DNA from: a virus
Taxonomy: Duplodnaviria > Caudoviricetes
Length of the DNA stretch: 40,264 bases
Direction: 5' to 3' (one strand)
Virus record (IMG/VR): IMGVR_UViG_3300012921_000060
Coordinates: 1-40,264 of that record
The translations under genes and the position numbers were made by a program. The notes beneath the pieces were generated by a model. It made no database searches. It had not been told where the DNA came from and was given only the letters and a program-made list of their open reading frames with translations. Positions 1-8,310 of the stretch are shown here, one piece after another. Within the stretch, counting starts at the first letter, position 1. The number at the start of each line of letters is the position of its first letter.

Positions 1-729
1 TTGAACCAGTCCAATCCCACGCGCCGCGCGTTTCTGGCAGCCAGCTTGGCGCTGGCCGCAAGCGGCACGGTACTGGCCGGCGAGCGCTCGGCCCACACGC
101 TGCCTGCCCGACCCTTCAGCGCGCCCGCTGCCGACCTGGCCTTGGTGCTGGCAGTGGATTGTTCCAGTTCGATCGACGCCGACGAATACCGTTTGCAAGC
201 CCTGGGCTACGCCGCCGCCTTCCGCCACGAACGGGTGCGACGGGCAGTGCTGGGCGGCTCGGGGGCCGGACGCATCGCCGTCGCCCAGACGCAGTGGGGC
301 GGCCAGTTCGCGCAAACCCAGGCGATCGGCTGGACGCTGCTCGATTCGCCTGCCGCCCTCGATGCGTTTGCCGGGCGCCTGGAAGCCCAGCCGCGTTTGG
401 TGCAGGACGACGCGACGGCGATCGGGGCCGCGATCGACCATGCGGTCAAAACGCTGGCGCTGTGCCCGTTCGAAGCGACGCGCCGCACGATCGACGTTTC
501 GGGCGACGGGCGCAACAACCAGGGCCGTTTTGCGCGCTATGCCCGCGACGACGCGGTGGCGGCGGGGATCGGCATCAACGGCCTGCCGATTCTGACCGAC
601 GAAGCGAATCTGGCCTCGATCTACCGGGCCGAGGTGATTGGCGGCCCCGGCGCGTTTGTGGTGCCCGCGCGCCGTTTTTCGAATTTCGCCGACGCGATCC
701 TGCACAAACTCGCCACCGAGATCGCCTGA
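1..729 (+). CDS. Host DUF1194-family (vWA-like) protein with twin-arginine signal peptide
   Basis: N-terminal TRRAFL Tat-like motif; LVLAVDCSSSIDADEYRLQ, TAIGAAI, RRTIDVSGDG and INGLPI blocks typical of DUF1194. Lies outside the prophage. Confidence 0.8.
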   Translation: MNQSNPTRRAFLAASLALAASGTVLAGERSAHTLPARPFSAPAADLALVLAVDCSSSIDADEYRLQALGYAAAFRHERVRRAVLGGSGAGRIAVAQTQWGGQFAQTQAIGWTLLDSPAALDAFAGRLEAQPRLVQDDATAIGAAIDHAVKTLALCPFEATRRTIDVSGDGRNNQGRFARYARDDAVAAGIGINGLPILTDEANLASIYRAEVIGGPGAFVVPARRFSNFADAILHKLATEIA

Positions 730-740
730 AATAGGCGACC

Positions 741-771
741 AATAGGCGACGACCGGCGACCGTCGCCTATT
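741..771 (+). terminator. Hairpin after the DUF1194 gene (probable terminator)
   Basis: AATAGGCGACG (741-751) pairs with CGTCGCCTATT (761-771). A second AATAGGCGAC copy at 730-739 offers an alternative stem. Confidence 0.5.
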
Positions 772-832
772 TATCCCGTTGGAATCGCTGGCATGTAACC
801 GCGCCGACGATTTGCAATCCGGCCAAATTCGT

Positions 833-857
833 GACCCTCGGGCTTGACCCGAGGGTC
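833..857. repeat. REP-like palindrome at the insertion site
   Basis: GACCCTCGGG-CTTGA-CCCGAGGGTC is a perfect 10-bp stem with a 5-nt loop. Its last 5 nt are the duplicated target. Confidence 0.6.
853..857 (+). repeat. Left 5-bp target-site duplication GGGTC
   Basis: Identical to 39781-39785 and immediately precedes TG. Confidence 0.95.
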
Positions 858-1052
858 TGTAGAGGGACAGGTGGTATGAAATTAACTGGGCAATCGGGAT
901 TGGGCGGCACTGGGCGGGATATTGTGGGACAGGCTATTGAGATTGCGCGACAAATCGGCGCGTCTCGGCATCGTGTCGGCGGGCGTGTCGAGACGCCAAA
1001 CGGGACACGTCGCGCGGCCGTTTAGAGCCGCTGGACAGGCAGTTTGAAATTC
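858..1052 (+). promoter_or_regulatory. attL transposase-binding sites
   Basis: GGGACAGGTGGTATGAAATT (864-883), GGGACAGGCTATTGAGATT (926-944) and GGACAGGCAGTTTGAAATTC (1033-1052). The last is the exact reverse complement of 39732-39751. Confidence 0.85.
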
Positions 1053-1218
1053 GAAAAAGAGGCGGACTGACGGTTCGTCGGCGCTGGCGGAGTTGCGACC
1101 GGAAGGCCCAGAATCAGGCGCAGGCGAGCGAGTTTGTCGAACGGCGTGTGCATCGTTCACAATTGTATGAACAACGCGCGCCGCAAATCGTCCGGGTCGA
1201 GGGTGCAGAAACGCCCGG

Positions 1219-1680
1219 TTATCCGGCGAGGCGCAGTGTTTTCTTGCCGGTCAGATCGAGCCAGGCGCGCCGGTCGCCGTTGGGCACTTCGAGCGCGAGC
1301 TCGTAGAGCAACAGCACGCATTCGGCGAATCGCGCGTTGGGCATCGAGACGCCGCGTTCGCTGAGCGACTCGAGCACGAGAGCAACGCAGTCCTGCATTA
1401 GAACGCTGTCGAGCGGCGGCGCTGCCGGGGGCACGCCGCGCTCCATTGGCCCTTCGCCGCTTGCGAGCCATTCGAGCGACACGCCTTTGTCGAGGGCCAG
1501 TTTGGCCACGACCGAAAAGGGCGGATCGGCGAGCCCTTTTTCGTAGCGGGCCAACATTTCATCGGTACGCTCGCAAATCTTCGCTGCTGCACGGCGACTC
1601 GGATACAGGGCAACGACGCGCGCAAGCCGCGTTCCCAGTTCCAGAATCGAACTGGGAACTGGATTTCCCACTTCGGCCAT
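1219..1680 (-). CDS. Immunity repressor (c-like, XRE/CI-type HTH)
   Basis: Only convincing minus-strand phage gene, divergent from ner. HTH-like RRAAAKICERTDEMLARYEKG and GVSLEWLASGEGPM. Start is uncertain (ATG 1680 chosen; the ORF extends to 1749). Confidence 0.8.
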   Translation of the reverse strand: MAEVGNPVPSSILELGTRLARVVALYPSRRAAAKICERTDEMLARYEKGLADPPFSVVAKLALDKGVSLEWLASGEGPMERGVPPAAPPLDSVLMQDCVALVLESLSERGVSMPNARFAECVLLLYELALEVPNGDRRAWLDLTGKKTLRLAG

Positions 1681-1806
1681 TTTTGCGATCGGCAGTTTGC
1701 GCATTGATTTTCCTGCACTATTCCAAAGTATCGATAAAAATCGATGCACCAGAACCGGGAACTCGATTTTTATCGTTGACGGTGTCGATTAAATTCGACA
1801 CTGTCA
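1631..1806. promoter_or_regulatory. Operator and divergent-promoter region between repressor and ner
   Basis: AT-rich, with three TCGAT-W-rich-TCG palindromes (1730-1745, 1763-1776, 1782-1801) and GAACYGGGAAC repeats. Candidate promoter TTGACG (1776-1781)-17 nt-CACTGT (1799-1804) lies just upstream of the ner ATG. Confidence 0.65.
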
Positions 1807-1813
1807 GTTCGCG

Positions 1814-2155
1814 ATGTCGAACCCATACACCCCGTTGAAACGCTCCCAAGCTCACGATTGGCACCCGGCCGACGTACTCGCTGCGTTGACAAAAGCGGGC
1901 CATCGGCTCGACCGAATTGGACCGCTGCTAGGCCTTGATCGCTCGGCCGGCGGCAAGGCGCTTCACCAGAAGCCGTGGCCCACCGTCAAAGCGAAGATCG
2001 CCGCGTTGATCGGCGAGCGCCCCCACAAAATCTGGCCGTCTGTCTTCGACGAAAACGACGAGCCCTATCCGTTTCGGCGCAACAGACGATCCCACAAATT
2101 GGCAGCACTCCGCAATGTCTGCCGGACTGCCAGTGCCGACGGTCAGGCCGGATGA
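1814..2155 (+). CDS. ner: Ner/Nlp-family transcriptional regulator
   Basis: DWHPADVLAAL...IAALIGERPHKIWPS signature; Mu-like position. Confidence 0.9.
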   Translation: MSNPYTPLKRSQAHDWHPADVLAALTKAGHRLDRIGPLLGLDRSAGGKALHQKPWPTVKAKIAALIGERPHKIWPSVFDENDEPYPFRRNRRSHKLAALRNVCRTASADGQAG

Positions 2156-2610
2156 CGAAGCCCCGTCAGACCGACCCGCGCCAGCAGATTTTGGCGCTCG
2201 ATCAAAGCACCCGCGCCCCGGCCGCGCGCGGCTCGCTCAACTGGGATGGCGAGCTTCGCGCCGCTCTCGCCGAAGCCATCAAACAAAGCGACAAATCGCG
2301 CGCCGAAATTGCCGCCGCGATGGAAGACGCCCTTGGCGCCGACCCCAACTATCCCGTGTCGGTTTCGACGCTCGACGCCTGGACCGCGCCCAGCCGTACC
2401 GACTGGCGTTTTCCGCTGCTGTATCTGGCCGCCTTCATCGAAGCGACCGGCGCCGCCTGGTTGCTCGCAAGGCTCGCGTCGAAATCGGGCCACCAGGTGG
2501 TCACGGGCGAGGCCGCGATCGGCGCCGAACTTGGCATCGTTCTGGCCGAACAGGACCGGCTCAAAGACCGCGCGCGCGACCTTCGCAAACAATTGCGGAG
2601 GCGCCCGTGA
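2152..2610 (+). CDS. Hypothetical protein, probable HTH regulator
   Basis: ATGA overlap with the ner stop and GTGA overlap with the transposase start; SRAEIAAAM...VSTLDAWTAPSR helix pattern. Confidence 0.7.
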   Translation: MTKPRQTDPRQQILALDQSTRAPAARGSLNWDGELRAALAEAIKQSDKSRAEIAAAMEDALGADPNYPVSVSTLDAWTAPSRTDWRFPLLYLAAFIEATGAAWLLARLASKSGHQVVTGEAAIGAELGIVLAEQDRLKDRARDLRKQLRRRP

Positions 2611-4823
2611 AAATCTGGTTTACCGCCGCCGAGCTGGCCGAGCTCGTTCTTGCCGATCTGCCGCAAACAAAACGCGGCGTGCAGCTCCTCGCCAAGCGCG
2701 ACGCCTGGCCGTCGCGGGATCGCGTCGGCCGGGGCGGCGGGCGCGAATACCCGATCGACGCCCTGCCGCGCGAGGCGCGAGAGGAGCTTGCCGCGCGCGA
2801 GCTGTCCGCGTCAGCCAAGACCACGCTGGCCGTCGCTGCTAACGCTGCGCTGAGCGATCTGGCCGGGCTCGCCGGGTCCAAGCGCAGCCGGGCCGAGGCG
2901 CGGCTGTGCATCGTTAGGCTCGCCGACGCGTTCCGCACGCAAGCCTGTATCGAAGCCACGCCCGCCGACGCGCGCTTTGCCGTCGAATGGAATGCCGGGC
3001 GCTTCGATACCAAAGCTGGGGCAGAACCCTGGCTGCGCGCCGCCCTGCCGACCGTATCCGGCCCCAGCCTGCGGCGCTGGCGCATCGCGGCGTCGAAGGG
3101 CGATATCGCCGGCATCGCCGGGCGCTACGCCCCGTCGCGCGAAGCGGGCCTGATCGACGGCAATCCGGTCTATCGCGATTTCATCCTGTCGCTGATCGCG
3201 CATGCCCCGCACTACCGGCCGGGCGCCGTGCGCGACGCCATGAAGGCGAGGTTCCAGGGTCTCGCGATCCCGAGCGCCAAAACCCTGCAGCGCTGGATGA
3301 ACCGTTGGCGCGAAGCAAACCCGCGCACCGCCCTTCAGCTGGAGAACCCGGACGCCGCCCGCAGCAAGTTCAAGATCGCGATCGGCGACCGCAGCGAACA
3401 TGTGCTGCGCATCAACCAGCTTTGGGAAAGCGACGCCACGCCAGCCGACGCCCAGTGCATCGACGGCCGCCATACCATCGTGGGCGTCATCGACGTGTTC
3501 ACGCGCCGCGCGCGCCTGGTCGTGGCGCCGACGTCCAAGGCGCAAGCGGTGCTCGCCACGATCCGCAAGGGCATCGTCGATTTCGGCGTGCCGGAAACGG
3601 TCAAGACCGACAACGGCAGCGACTTCACGTCGCGCTGGGCAACGTCCGCGTTCGCCGCCTTGGACATCCATCAGGAACTGTGCACGCCCTTCGACCCGAC
3701 GCAGAAGCCGCATATCGAGCGGTTCTTCAAAACCATGTCGCACGAGCTCCTGGAAATCCTGCCGGGTTTTATGGGCCATAGCGTGGCGCAGGCGCAGGCC
3801 ATCCGCGCGCGCGTCGGCTTCGCGAAGCGGCTGGGGACCGGCGACGATCTGCTGTTCCACGTGGCGCTGACGGCAAGCCAGCTTCAAGCCGCGTTGGACG
3901 CGTGGGCGCTCGGCAAATACGAGCTGGCCGTGCACGGGTCGCTGTCTGGCCGCACGCCGCGCGAGGTCGCCGCCGCAAACGCCGCGCACATGCGCCCGGT
4001 CGCGGAACTGCGCGCGCTCGACGTGCTGCTGTCGGAACCCGCCCTTCGCACCGTCGGCAAAAAGGGCATCGCCCTCGCGCGCGCCGAATACTGGCACGAG
4101 GCGTTGGTGCCGCTGATCGGCCAGCGCGTGGACGTGCTGATGGATGCGGCCGATGCCGGGCGCATCGTCGTGCGCCGCACGGACGGCGCGTTCGTGTGCG
4201 TGGCGCGCGATCTGGCGCTGGCCGGCACGAGCCGCGCCGAACTGGCCGCGAAGGCGTCGGCTATCCAGCGCCGCATGGACAGCGACAGCCGCGCGATATT
4301 TCGCCAGCTCAAGGCCGAGTACCGGCCGGAACTGTCGGCCGGCGAAGTGCTCGACGCGGCGCTGGCGCGCGCCCAGGCCGCCGGCACGATCACGCCGGCG
4401 GGCCTGCCCTATGCGTCGGCGATGCTCGACCAAGCTGGCAAGGCGGCCGCAGCGCTCGATGCGCCCAAGGCGTGGGAACCGCCGGCGCTCGACGCGCCGG
4501 CATTCGAAGCCTCCAACATCGTGCCGCTCTACGACGCCCTGCCGCGCGAAGAGCGGGCGCGGCGCATCGACTGGGACGTTTGCGAAGACACGACCGACAT
4601 CACGCGCGAACAGATCAAAGCGGCGCCGGATCGCGTCGATCTTCTGTGGCTGTACCAGCACGCGGCAGAGACCACCGACATCGAGAAGGCCTATCTGGCC
4701 GACCGCATGGCGGCCGACCCGTACGTGCTGGAGCGCATCCAAACCTCGCTGCGCCTGATCCGGGAGAGAAAGGAAAATGCCGCTTTCTGGGCGGTGCCCA
4801 AAAAAGAAACCGCCGCCGGTTAG
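2607..4823 (+). CDS. MuA-like DDE transposase
   Basis: N-terminal Mu DNA-binding domain (WFTAAELA...LPQTKRGV...GGGREYPIDALP); catalytic WESDAT, KTDNGSDF, KPHIERFF; GTG start after GGAGG. Confidence 0.95.
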   Translation: MKIWFTAAELAELVLADLPQTKRGVQLLAKRDAWPSRDRVGRGGGREYPIDALPREAREELAARELSASAKTTLAVAANAALSDLAGLAGSKRSRAEARLCIVRLADAFRTQACIEATPADARFAVEWNAGRFDTKAGAEPWLRAALPTVSGPSLRRWRIAASKGDIAGIAGRYAPSREAGLIDGNPVYRDFILSLIAHAPHYRPGAVRDAMKARFQGLAIPSAKTLQRWMNRWREANPRTALQLENPDAARSKFKIAIGDRSEHVLRINQLWESDATPADAQCIDGRHTIVGVIDVFTRRARLVVAPTSKAQAVLATIRKGIVDFGVPETVKTDNGSDFTSRWATSAFAALDIHQELCTPFDPTQKPHIERFFKTMSHELLEILPGFMGHSVAQAQAIRARVGFAKRLGTGDDLLFHVALTASQLQAALDAWALGKYELAVHGSLSGRTPREVAAANAAHMRPVAELRALDVLLSEPALRTVGKKGIALARAEYWHEALVPLIGQRVDVLMDAADAGRIVVRRTDGAFVCVARDLALAGTSRAELAAKASAIQRRMDSDSRAIFRQLKAEYRPELSAGEVLDAALARAQAAGTITPAGLPYASAMLDQAGKAAAALDAPKAWEPPALDAPAFEASNIVPLYDALPREERARRIDWDVCEDTTDITREQIKAAPDRVDLLWLYQHAAETTDIEKAYLADRMAADPYVLERIQTSLRLIRERKENAAFWAVPKKETAAG

Positions 4824-4838
4824 CGGCCGGCGGCGGTT
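4800..4838 (-). terminator. Minus-strand intrinsic terminator-like hairpin at the A/B junction
   Basis: 12-bp perfect stem AACCGCCGCCGG/CCGGCGGCGGTT (4808-4838), followed on the minus strand by TCTTTTTT. Confidence 0.55.
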
Positions 4839-4874
4839 GGATATTCGTAAAGCCACAACCAGCGGAGAACTGAC

Positions 4875-5630
4875 GTGACGCAAGGAAGATACAGCAAGCT
4901 CGTCGATGTTGCAAACGTGCGGATATTCAAGGACGCGATCAGAGCGGTCGAAGGGCGCTCGGCGCCCGAAGCGGCGTTCATCGTCGTCGCGGGCGAGTGG
5001 GGCTTGGGCAAGACGCATCTTGGCCTCAACTACGCGCTGACGCACGAGGTGCCGTTCGTGCGTCTGCAATCGGCCTGCACGCCGCACTGGGTGCTGTCGG
5101 ATTGGGCGCGCGAACTTGGCGCCCCGCCCGCGCGCTCGTGCGAGGGCCTGTACGAACAGCTCATCGGCATCCTCGCCAAAAACCCGCGCCCGGTGATTTT
5201 CGACGAAGTCGAGCACGCGCTCGCCAGCGGCAAGGTTGTCGACCAAATCCGCGGCGTGGTCGATGCGACCGAAATCCCGTGCGTGCTGATGGGGCGCGAG
5301 TTCATCGCGCACAAACTGAAGCGCCATCCGGCCGTGTGGAGCCGGGTTTCCAAAGTCGCGAAGTTCAAGCGCATGGCGGCCGACGACATGGCGAAGCTGA
5401 TCGCCGACCGCGCCGGCGTCGGCGTCGATGCGGCGCTGATGGAACGGCTGCTGCGCGAAACCGAAGGCCGCATGCGCCTGGCGCTCGGCGCTGCCGACGA
5501 ATTGAAACGCGTCGCGCGCGGCCAGAAAAACACGCTGACGGCCGCCGACCTTGCCAACCGCCAGCTCGTCAAGGCCGAAGCGTTTGCGGCCCCGGGGCAA
5601 AATGCCGCCCCGCTCGCAGGAGCGGCGTGA
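4875..5630 (+). CDS. MuB-like AAA+ ATPase (target capture)
   Basis: Walker A GEWGLGKT and Walker B VIFDEVEH; follows the transposase. Confidence 0.92.
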   Translation: MTQGRYSKLVDVANVRIFKDAIRAVEGRSAPEAAFIVVAGEWGLGKTHLGLNYALTHEVPFVRLQSACTPHWVLSDWARELGAPPARSCEGLYEQLIGILAKNPRPVIFDEVEHALASGKVVDQIRGVVDATEIPCVLMGREFIAHKLKRHPAVWSRVSKVAKFKRMAADDMAKLIADRAGVGVDAALMERLLRETEGRMRLALGAADELKRVARGQKNTLTAADLANRQLVKAEAFAAPGQNAAPLAGAA

Positions 5631-6277
5631 TGGCGACGAACCTCGTTCCCCTGCAGCTCACGCTCGAAGGCATGCCGCCGCCCGCACTGTCGACCGGCGC
5701 CATGTGCATCCGCATCAAGACGCTGGCGGCGCAGCTGCGCCAGAACCCGGACAATGTCCGCCAGCGCATCTACCGTCTCGTGCGGCTCGGGCTGGTCGAG
5801 CGCAAAATTCCGGGCTGCTACGCGCTCACGAAGATGGGCCAGCGGGTGCGCGCGACCGGCGGTTTCGAGGGCGGCGGCATCCAAGCCTGCGGCATCGGCG
5901 TCGCCGACGTCGCCGCGTCGGGCAGACCGCCGCCGGCGAAGCCCGTCAAAAAGCCGCGTTTCAAATACGAGACCACGCTGGCCGACCGGCTGTGGCGCGC
6001 CTTGCGCCTGGTGCGCAAAGCGAGCGTGGCCCAATTGGTCGAACTTGCGGCGCGCCCCGGCGAGCAGGGCATCGCCAACGCCCAGCAAATCCTGGGCGTG
6101 TGGAAGCGCCACGGCGTGGTGCGCCAGCTCAAGCACGGCCGGCCGCCGCGCTATTTGCTGGTTCGCGATTTGGGCCCGCTCACGCCGCGCCCGAGCGACC
6201 GATACGAGCGCGTGTGGGACGCCAACGCCCGGGCGTTTCTAACGCTCGACGCGAGCGTCGGCGGAGTCCGCGCATGA
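5630..6277 (+). CDS. Hypothetical protein with two winged-helix-like segments
   Basis: TGATG overlap with B; IYRLVRLGLVER..PGCYALT and LWRALRLVRK...RYLLVRDLGP blocks. Confidence 0.7.
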   Translation: MATNLVPLQLTLEGMPPPALSTGAMCIRIKTLAAQLRQNPDNVRQRIYRLVRLGLVERKIPGCYALTKMGQRVRATGGFEGGGIQACGIGVADVAASGRPPPAKPVKKPRFKYETTLADRLWRALRLVRKASVAQLVELAARPGEQGIANAQQILGVWKRHGVVRQLKHGRPPRYLLVRDLGPLTPRPSDRYERVWDANARAFLTLDASVGGVRA

Positions 6278-6642
6278 CCGCCGAGTGGATCGCGCTGCTG
6301 AACGACGCGGTCGCCGCCGAGCGCCAGCGCACGGGCGGCAAGCGCGGCGCCATCAGCGCCGTGGCCAGCCAGATCGGCATGTCGCGCGCCGCCGTCTCGA
6401 CCGCGATGCGCGGCAAGTATCCCGGCGCCACGCACCGGATCGAAGCGCGCGTGCTCAAAGTTTTCGGCGGCGGACGCGTGCTGTGCCCGCACCTCCAGCA
6501 CGCGATCGCGGGCGCGCTTTGCCGGAGCTGGCAGACGCGCGCCCAGCCGCGCTCGAACCCCGAAGCGCTGCGCCACTGGACCGCGTGCCGCGCGTGCCCG
6601 ATCGCATCCGCGTCCGTTCCCCGGAAACAGGAGGCACCATGA
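6274..6642 (+). CDS. HTH plus Cys-cluster putative regulator
   Basis: VASQIGMSRAAVSTAMRGKY HTH-like; CPHL...C...CRACP; ATGA coupling. Confidence 0.75.
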   Translation: MTAEWIALLNDAVAAERQRTGGKRGAISAVASQIGMSRAAVSTAMRGKYPGATHRIEARVLKVFGGGRVLCPHLQHAIAGALCRSWQTRAQPRSNPEALRHWTACRACPIASASVPRKQEAP

Positions 6643-6848
6643 TTTCGAGCGACCTCAAAGCCGTGCGCCAAAAACTCGACATTTTGCGCGCCGACCCGAC
6701 CGACTACGCGCAGAGCATCGGCGCCGCTATCGCCATGCTGGAAGCGGCCGAGCGCGACGTGCTTGCGCTGGAGACCAACGCCGTGCCGCTCGCGACCGTC
6801 TACGCGCTGAGCGGCGAGGGCTATATCCGCCCGCAGGCGCTTTCGTGA
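6639..6848 (+). CDS. Hypothetical protein
   Basis: GGAGG SD and ATGA coupling. Confidence 0.65.
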   Translation: MISSDLKAVRQKLDILRADPTDYAQSIGAAIAMLEAAERDVLALETNAVPLATVYALSGEGYIRPQALS

Positions 6849-6858
6849 GGGCGGCGCC

Positions 6859-7536
6859 ATGACCGACGAAGCAAAACACGATCCGTTCGGCAGCGTCGCG
6901 ACGATCAAGCGGCTGGTCGCCGCCGCGTTCGAAGTGCCGATCGACGCCATGGCGTCGCGCCACCGCACGCGGCGACTCGCGGTCCCGCGCATGGTCGCCA
7001 TGGCGCTCGTGCGCGAGCTTTGCCTGGGCATGTCGTATCCCGCGATCGGACGGCTGTTCGGCAATCGCGACCATACCAGCGTGCTGCACGCGTCGCGCTC
7101 GATCGCAAGGCTGGTCGCGCGCGGCGATTTGACCCAGGCCGATTTCGACGCGCTGCAGGCGCAATGCAAGGCGGCCGTTGCGGTCGAAGCCACGCGCAGC
7201 GACGTCTTCCTGAAACTCGAAGCCGAGCGGCTCGTCGCGCGCATCTGCGAGCACGTGCGCGACGGCCTGTTGCGGGCGGTGCTGCGCGACCCGCAGGCCT
7301 TCGTCGCGCGCATGTGGCGCGACGGCCACAAGCCGAAATTGCGGCCGGAAGCCGAGGCGTCGCTCGACGCCAAGCTCAAACTCAAATTCGATCCGCCGCG
7401 CGCGGCGCGCGACGTGCCGGCCGGCCATAGCTGGGCGTTTCCCAAAAAGGCGCCGCGAAACGTCGGGCGCGCGCTCGATCCCAAATGGCCCGTTCGGCCG
7501 GACTTCAAAAAGGAGACTGCCAGTGAACCAAGCTGA
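6859..7536 (+). CDS. Protein with DnaA domain IV-like (C-terminal HTH) domain
   Basis: RTRRLAVPRMVAMALVREL...SYPAIGRLFGNRDHTSVLHA closely follows the DnaA domain IV signature. Confidence 0.85.
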   Translation: MTDEAKHDPFGSVATIKRLVAAAFEVPIDAMASRHRTRRLAVPRMVAMALVRELCLGMSYPAIGRLFGNRDHTSVLHASRSIARLVARGDLTQADFDALQAQCKAAVAVEATRSDVFLKLEAERLVARICEHVRDGLLRAVLRDPQAFVARMWRDGHKPKLRPEAEASLDAKLKLKFDPPRAARDVPAGHSWAFPKKAPRNVGRALDPKWPVRPDFKKETASEPS

Positions 7537-7804
7537 AAAATCCCGTGCGGAGCAGGCCGCCGAAATCCGCGCGCATATCGAGCGCATTCGGATCGGAACG
7601 CGTCTGGCCGAGGCGATCCTCAAAAACCGGCCGCTGCACTACCCGGTCCAGGTGCAGGCGAAGGCCGTCGCGTCCGGCATGACTGCGCTGCACGATTTGC
7701 TGGCGGGCGTGCTCGACGGCAGCGCAGAGGCGCTCGATATCGCGCGCGCGGTCGTGCGCGCCCCGGAACCGGCGCCCGCTTCCACCGGGAGCGCGCCGTC
7801 GTGA
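7523..7804 (+). CDS. Hypothetical protein
   Basis: AAGGAG SD before GTG; overlaps its neighbours as in an operon. Confidence 0.6.
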   Translation: MNQAEKSRAEQAAEIRAHIERIRIGTRLAEAILKNRPLHYPVQVQAKAVASGMTALHDLLAGVLDGSAEALDIARAVVRAPEPAPASTGSAPS

Positions 7805-7938
7805 TCGCCCGGCTGGTCGCGCGGTTTCTCGCGTGGCGCCGGGCGCGACGCGAAGCGGCGCGATGCTGTCGGCGCGACGCGCTGCTGATCGCGGCCCATG
7901 TCGCGCGCACCACGCCCGACCAAGACACGTTTTCCTGA
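7801..7938 (+). CDS. Small basic hypothetical protein (45 aa, not in ORF track)
   Basis: GTGA coupling to the upstream stop; MIARLVARFLAWRRARREAARCC... Confidence 0.4.
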   Translation: MIARLVARFLAWRRARREAARCCRRDALLIAAHVARTTPDQDTFS

Positions 7939-7980
7939 TCCGCCCCGCCTACCTCTCCCACCGACCTCGGAGTCCTCGCC

Positions 7981-8310
7981 ATGGCCAAACACGCAGTTCC
8001 CAAAACGCCGACCTATCCGACCCCGGCGCCCCCGTCGTCGCTGCAAGCCGGCAGCCTGCCAGCGGTCACGCGGGCGCAGCTGCAAAAGCTGCTCGAACGG
8101 ATGGAAGAGCACGACAGCTACGCCGAACTGCGCGACCGGCTGCAGCGCTATCTCGACAAGCCGGACTCCGCGACCATCCGCATCGCGCTCGATTTCGACA
8201 AGCTCGAACCGGTCGAACTCGAGGTGCCGACCATGGCCGTCGTGTCGGTGGTCAACGATCTGGTGGCGATGGCGCGCGGCGAAGTCGAAATGCTGGGGGG
8301 CGCGATCTGA
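7981..8310 (+). CDS. Hypothetical protein
   Basis: GGAG SD; TGATG coupling to gam. Confidence 0.7.
   Translation: MAKHAVPKTPTYPTPAPPSSLQAGSLPAVTRAQLQKLLERMEEHDSYAELRDRLQRYLDKPDSATIRIALDFDKLEPVELEVPTMAVVSVVNDLVAMARGEVEMLGGAI

Noticed and set aside
852-857. 6-bp target duplication AGGGTC
   Set aside because: The right-hand A (39780) is the terminal A of the CTACA end that mirrors TGTAG, so a 5-bp duplication fits better.
2115-2606. N-terminal extensions given by the ORF track (e.g. transposase from 2115, MuF from 18235, methyltransferase from 37373)
   Set aside because: They overlap real upstream genes in other frames. SD-supported or coupled starts lie downstream, at the recognisable N-terminal motifs.
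4797-4875. Possible A-B fusion by readthrough or slippage at CCCAAAAAAG
   Set aside because: The heptamer is not in canonical phase. The zero frame hits a second stop (TAA) before B, and the -1 frame stops at 4871-4873.
2811-5600. 929-aa minus-strand ORF, and similar long antisense ORFs (15760..17874, 17579..19630, 18949..20859, 20987..22981, 25704..27857, 27638..29902)
   Set aside because: Shadow ORFs opposite well-supported genes in high-GC DNA. They have no recognisable motifs or expression signals, unlike the same-strand 38208..39155 ORF.
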